Positions 59,096-64,000 of a DNA stretch of 64,000 nucleotides are shown here, piece by piece. The DNA is from Marsupella aquatica. Its lineage: Eukaryota > Plantae > Marchantiophyta. Within the stretch, counting starts at the first letter, position 1; each line of letters opens with the position of its first letter. A program made the position numbers and the translations under genes. The DNA lies in assembly GCA_973895155.1 (NCBI GenBank), contig OZ316892.1:30605328-30669327 (forward strand), read 5' to 3'. Under the pieces are notes generated by a model. That model was not told where the DNA came from, ran no database searches, and was given only the letters and a program-made list of their open reading frames with translations.

Positions 59096-61525
59096 CGACG
59101 ACCTTCATTCCAGCTGCACTCTTTGCGAACTTCCTGTAGGGGGCAATGAAAGTGTTTGAGCGCGATTGGACTTTAGGGTGCAAATGTGTTTAGGATTGGC
59201 CTGCTACGAGCGTCAGTGTGGAGGTCTGCCAATCAGTTTTGAGGGGAGTCCATTGTCGCTTTTCAACCTGCTGGTGAGCTAAGCTGCTATTGAGTTTCAA
59301 GTGAGAGCTGCCGACTTGGAGTTGAGCTCTGCGAGGTCGAGCTTGAGTGTACATCTGCTCGACATACTTTTGGGAGCTCACAGTTGGCAGGAGGGCCAAG
59401 TCATTGCACAAAAAGTTGCAGCCGTGACAGTGCAAGCTAGGTAGGCGGAGGCTGGTTACTACAAGCAAGGCGGAGGATCACTGCGAGCTAGGCGGAGGAA
59501 TGCTACACTGCTTCACATTGTCAAGAGACATGCTGCATCGGCCCAAGTAAGGTTGCGTTGACCTATCTATCTCTATGTCACCTCTATGTCTGTAAGGTCC
59601 TAACCGATAGTGTGCTTAGTGAGGTCCTGCTTTAAGCTACATTTGTGCGATTGATTGTGTCCTGAGAAGCTTAACCATCACATGGGGGAATGGTAGCGAG
59701 AAAGGAGGGGTGGAGCCTGATGGTCGCCAATATTCAAACAGGGTCGCCTTGCTCGATTTGCAAACTTTCACTTAGGACGTAGATTAAAGCATTAGACTAT
59801 GGGCTTCAATCGCTATGGAAAAGTAGGTTTTTGCTGCGTGGCCCTTCAACAGTTGAGTGGTGTGAGGGCGTGCAAAGACAACGAGAGCTTTGGAAAGTAA
59901 CTGTCATTCAGCCCGTCGTCCGAGTTAAGTTGCTGGTTTTGCAGTTTTACAGTAGTGCTTCATGCGCAATTCATGATACGGGCAGTCAGCGGGCTGCGAC
60001 AATGTAGAGCCTGCGACAGCATTTTGTGAGTGTTGCAAGGTGGGTTTTCTTTGTTTGCTCTTCTATTCTTGGCTGTCAGTCGATTATTCACCCCATCTCG
60101 TAGTGCATTTTCTTTTGTCTTCGTCTTTGGAATCCCTGCTGGGACACGGTCGTAGTAAGCGGAAGAGGTGATCAGGTCCTGGGTTTATCTTTTCTTGAGG
60201 TTTGTGTAAGAGCCGGGATCTGTATTTTGGGACAAAGTAGTGTATGGGAGCTGCAGGGCATCTTTTTAGGGTATGAGATTTTGGTCATGGTACGTAGTGG
60301 AATAAGATGGATTTGCGAACTGGGAGCTTGGATTTACAGAGTTAGGCCTTTGAAAACATATTTTTCTTCTTCATCATTTCTTCCCCTCGTGTCACTATGC
60401 ACCAAATAATCCACGGAGAAATCGTTGTATTCTATAAGGAAGTGAGGATTGGTGACAATATTGTGATACTTTAGGACGTGTTTGTGAACGTTCGCTGGTG
60501 TAGCGATCACCCGGGAATATGTGTTTTATAGCTGGAGTTTTCGATTCTCCAACTAAGTTGCTGATCCTTCCTCGACCTGCTTCATCTTGCAAAAGATTTG
60601 CTTCTAGCTCATTGATGAGGCGGTAATCGTAGTAGGCGTGACTATCGAATAATTTCAGGGCTCTGAAGAGTCACCCGTGGCAGAGAACAATGATTTTGAA
60701 CATCTTGAGAAAGAGTTTCAAGCAAGATCCTTTGGCTTTGCCTTGGGTGATAGCGAACACATGTGTGTAGGCTTCCACACAACGGCGTTCCATGATCTTG
60801 GAACCCACTTGCTTTCTGGAAGTGACTATCCAGAACCTGGGGTCCTCCGGTGGTAGCCTTATCCCAAGGTTTTTGATGTTGCTTCAAAGTTGCTTTGAGC
60901 TGTCGTCTCAGTATCCATTTTCGCATCTTGGATTCGATAGTACTGAAGAGAGTGCCTGAGTTTCAATTGTCCTAAGAGATATCTCAATTCTCTAAGACGT
61001 CCGATTGTCAAGTACAATGTCAAGACTGAGCTGCCAAGATGCAGGTTCATGCATGAACACTCTGTATTTACCTTACCTCGAATATGAGATCCTGGCATTA
61101 ACGAATGACGACAATGTGTTTGCGTGTCCTTTCTGCCCTGTCCCAGCTCAGAATGACTACTCGTAAAGAGCTGCAAAGGCAAAATTGTTTTCGTGTTCTT
61201 CAGATTGGCATGCAACAGTTTTCTCAACAATAATTTAACTATGGGGTGCAACCACAATGAAGTGCACGAGGGCGGAGGGAATCACAGAAATTCACCGGGG
61301 GCAGCTGCATTGACTTCTTGATCCATCGCATGCCTTGCTTGCTTCTGATGATCAAGGGTTGTTTTTTGCGTAGGCCAAGGGCCGCATTTTTGAGGATGCA
61401 CACATGCGAGTTGGCCCTTATTGTATTGAGTAGTATTTGACAGGTTCCCTGTTGAAATTAGATCTGATCTTGGTTTTTGTTGTCGTTCTTTTCCTTCTCT
61501 CTATACTAATGCTTTTGTTTGCCAG

Positions 61526-61638
61526 GACGTCACAGTGATGGGGTCGTTTGATAATTGGATGCGAGGTGAATCCTTGTCTCCAGAGAGTACAGGAACATTC
61601 ACAAATTTCTCCGCTACACTCAAATTGCGGCCAGGCAG
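61526..61638 (+). pseudogene. PTST1: Isolated exon of a PTST1-like CBM48 (AMPK-beta-type glycogen-binding) gene
   Basis: DVTVMGSFDNWMRGESLSPESTGTFTNFSATLKLRPGR, bounded by a CAG acceptor and GT donor. Matches the PTST1 pattern VQVMGSFDGW...LSPE...FSTTL.LRPGR. Confidence 0.75.
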
Positions 61639-62135
61639 GTGGGTGGCTTTTCTTTCAGTCAACCATGAAGTAGGTCGTGTGTTTTTTCTCTTGAAGTTGG
61701 CAATTTTATGCTTCTCGATTCGTTCAACAGTGCGATGAGAAGTGAGGTTACTCCAGTATCTATGTGCACTACGGACCCTCCTGTCCGAATAGTTCACTAT
61801 TGAATTGGTCCTGGATAGATTCGACTATTCAGTTCCCAATTCCAAAGATTCCATCCACTGCCGGTAGATTTTATCCATCCGGCAGATTGTAGAGTCGCTA
61901 GCAGAAATAGTCGTACTGTACTAACTAGGAAGCATGTGAAGAAGTAGTGTTCACAACCTCGTACTCTCGAATTACAACGTTGGAGGTGAATTGTAACTCT
62001 CCGTCCATCTGTACTATGTTTTTAGATCGTAGCAGTTGACCCGAGTGTTTGTCCTTAACGCAGTTACCAGACAGATGCTCTTGTGTTGGTCTGATTCGGA
62101 GTTGAGAATGCAGCAGGTCGAAACTGGTGCAAATT

Positions 62136-62445
62136 TATGGATCAAAGGATACCAGGTTTGGAGTCGAGGCAATTCGAGGGCTCTTACACTCCAAGGTGTT
62201 GATGAATTACCGAATGCTGAGAAGGTTACCATGGGCCCAAAGGTGTAGAAGACATCTGCTTAACGTAATTATTGTCCGTCCCTCATAAAATTATGTCTAG
62301 GTGTGTCGTAGGTGCGTGACATCCTTGTACCAGTCACTCATTGCTTTGTGAATCTGTAACTCTTTTCCAAGGTCAAAATGTGGTTACAGAGCAAAGTTTT
62401 GGTTATCGTGAAGTTAAGAAGGATGGTGTGACGGTGGCAAAGGCC
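62136..62445 (+). pseudogene. HSP60: Fragment of a mitochondrial chaperonin-60 gene (two partial exons plus intron)
   Basis: YGSKDTRFGVEA (frameshift) RALTLQGVDELPNAEKVTMGPK, then an intron from 62243 to ~62370, then GQNVVTEQSFGYREVKKDGVTVAKA. This is the Cpn60 N-terminus. Confidence 0.85.
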
Positions 62446-63253
62446 TTTTGCAAACTTGCCTATGGATCCTTGTCCTCCTATTTCACCTCACTGAAATTCT
62501 CGTTGTTCTTTCTTCTTTAACGTATAGATGAGTGCTATGTTGGAGGACGGAAAGAATCTTTACAATGAAGACGCTCCGTTAATCTTATTTGGTTGCTGCT
62601 CTAGAGCCTTTTCATCCAAATTAATGAAAACATGACTACCTCTGTTTAGTATATTTGTCCAAACACGCTGCAGGATTGGAAGCTCGGTTACTATGGTGAG
62701 AGAGACACCACGGTCCCCCAGGTGCTCTTGATTGCTTCCGTCTGTCGTCTCCCCCTCTGTAGTTATAGCATAGTGTTGTGAATCAGTGCAGCAATGATGT
62801 GAGAAAATTATTGGTGTCACGTTGATGGGTGGGCGGCAGTGGGATAATCGATTAGGCACCGAAGGAACGAAATGAAAGAATGCCGTAAGGGCGCAATCGG
62901 ATCTCTCTCACTCTCTCTTTCAACGCCAGGGGTCCAGGATCTTTGCATGCGACCATAACTATACCCAGAACTGTATGATCCAAGGGCCGCCAGAATGTTG
63001 TACAATGATGGTGGACCACCTGGTGCTGTGGTTGACGAAGAAAAGAACGTGCCCTGCTTAGACACTCTTCGCGCACACAGCCCTTTTGCCATCACAGGTT
63101 GGTCTAGTTGTGCAATTCTGCAAAAATTTCAGACAACAAATGCGGTCCTTGCCGAACACGATGCTCAACAGGATGGTGGAAGTTGCAAGAGTCTCCTAGA
63201 AGTAGTGGAAGGCATGAAGCTTCAAAGCATTCATAGGATTGACAAACCGGTCT

Positions 63254-63487
63254 AGCTGTATGCACACTAATGTAGTGTATAACCAAGCTGTACGCACACT
63301 AATGTAGTGTATAACCAAGCTGTAGATATTTCTAAAGGAAACTGTGGCCCAAATGCTAATCCCTTGACTTCTGGAGGTCACCTGTCTACAAAGCTGTACG
63401 CACACTAATGTAGTGTATAACCAAGCTGTAGATATTTCTAAAGGAAAATGTGGCCCAAAATGCTAATCCCTTGACTTCTGGAGGTCA
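63254..63487. repeat. Compound tandem duplication (32-bp unit within a ~105-bp duplication)
   Basis: AGCTGTACGCACACTAATGTAGTGTATAACCA occurs three times, and GATATTTCTAAAGGAAA...TTCTGGAGGTCA twice. Confidence 0.85.
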
Positions 63488-64000
63488 GGAGATCTTATTT
63501 TGGTTGTTATAGCCAGCCGCATATTATTCCTTTTTTGATGTGAATTTTTACATTCCTGTAATCTGCCTATTCAGCTTGTCTTTCTTCAATCTTGGTGTAT
63601 TTTACGATGGATGTAATTGTTTCTCCCAAAGAGTTCTCCTTCAGATATCTTGTCTGTCTGAAATCTTTTACTTCCATGCCGGCTTTGTAAATTCTTCACC
63701 CCCATGGGTCTTGTCGTTTCGGAATTTGGGGGCTTCCATATGCTTGACTATTCAGCTCTTAGTGCAGATGGTTTTCTCTTGACCATCAGCATTTGGCCAA
63801 AGGGTGTCTTTGCAATCACAGTAGATACGTGTACAGTCTTGAATCAGAGTCAATGCGTTTTGGTGCCTGACTAAAACATTGTTGATGCAGAAAAAGAGAG
63901 GAGGTTCGCCACTTGCTACAAGAATCACCGCAGTCGCTTGATGATCAAATGAATGATGCAATGCAAGATGGCGGGATTCCTGGGGATCCTAATATGATCC

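Larger units (their letters stand above)
58412..64000. mobile_element. Second CACTA element (left end), Pack-type with host gene fragments, extending beyond the window
   Basis: Starts CACTAGAAGAAAA, interrupting the CTAACCCGAG repeats. Contains short unrelated exon fragments. The other TIR is not visible. Confidence 0.6.

Noticed and set aside
62136-62445. Bacterial groEL contamination or a functional HSP60 gene
   Set aside because: It contains a spliceosomal-type intron and a frameshift, and covers only ~60 codons.

Overview
Eukaryotic, plant-type DNA (probably a non-seed plant such as a liverwort; this is inferred from the transposon lineages, not proven). The window is made almost entirely of nested transposable elements and contains no intact host gene. 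From left to right: a LINE remnant; a complete Bianca-type Ty1/copia element with 140-bp LTRs; a decayed MULE transposase; an Athila-like gypsy remnant; a Sola/DUF7869-like DNA transposon remnant; a 16-kb CACTA element; an LTR-like host sequence; a 4.6-kb solo LTR; a young intact 15.6-kb Ty3/gypsy element inserted in opposite orientation into that solo LTR of its own family; and the start of a second, Pack-type CACTA carrying PTST1 and HSP60 exon fragments. Three highlights stand out. (1) The gypsy family has giant LTRs (4660/4684 bp, delimited by TG..CA, PBS, PPT and TSD), each containing a complete ~1200-aa sense ORF (PMD-like segment plus long coiled coil), so even solo LTRs carry a whole gene. 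(2) Its gag-PR and RT-RH-INT frames appear joined by a -1 frameshift signal (G GAU UUU, 10-bp stem, possible pseudoknot). (3) The first CACTA carries a co-oriented cassette of compact chromatin/repair-type accessory ORFs: an EDM2-type composite PHD finger, tandem Pol-lambda-like BRCT domains, an F-box and a Cys-rich ORF. All protein family calls come from motif recognition by eye; no database searches were run.
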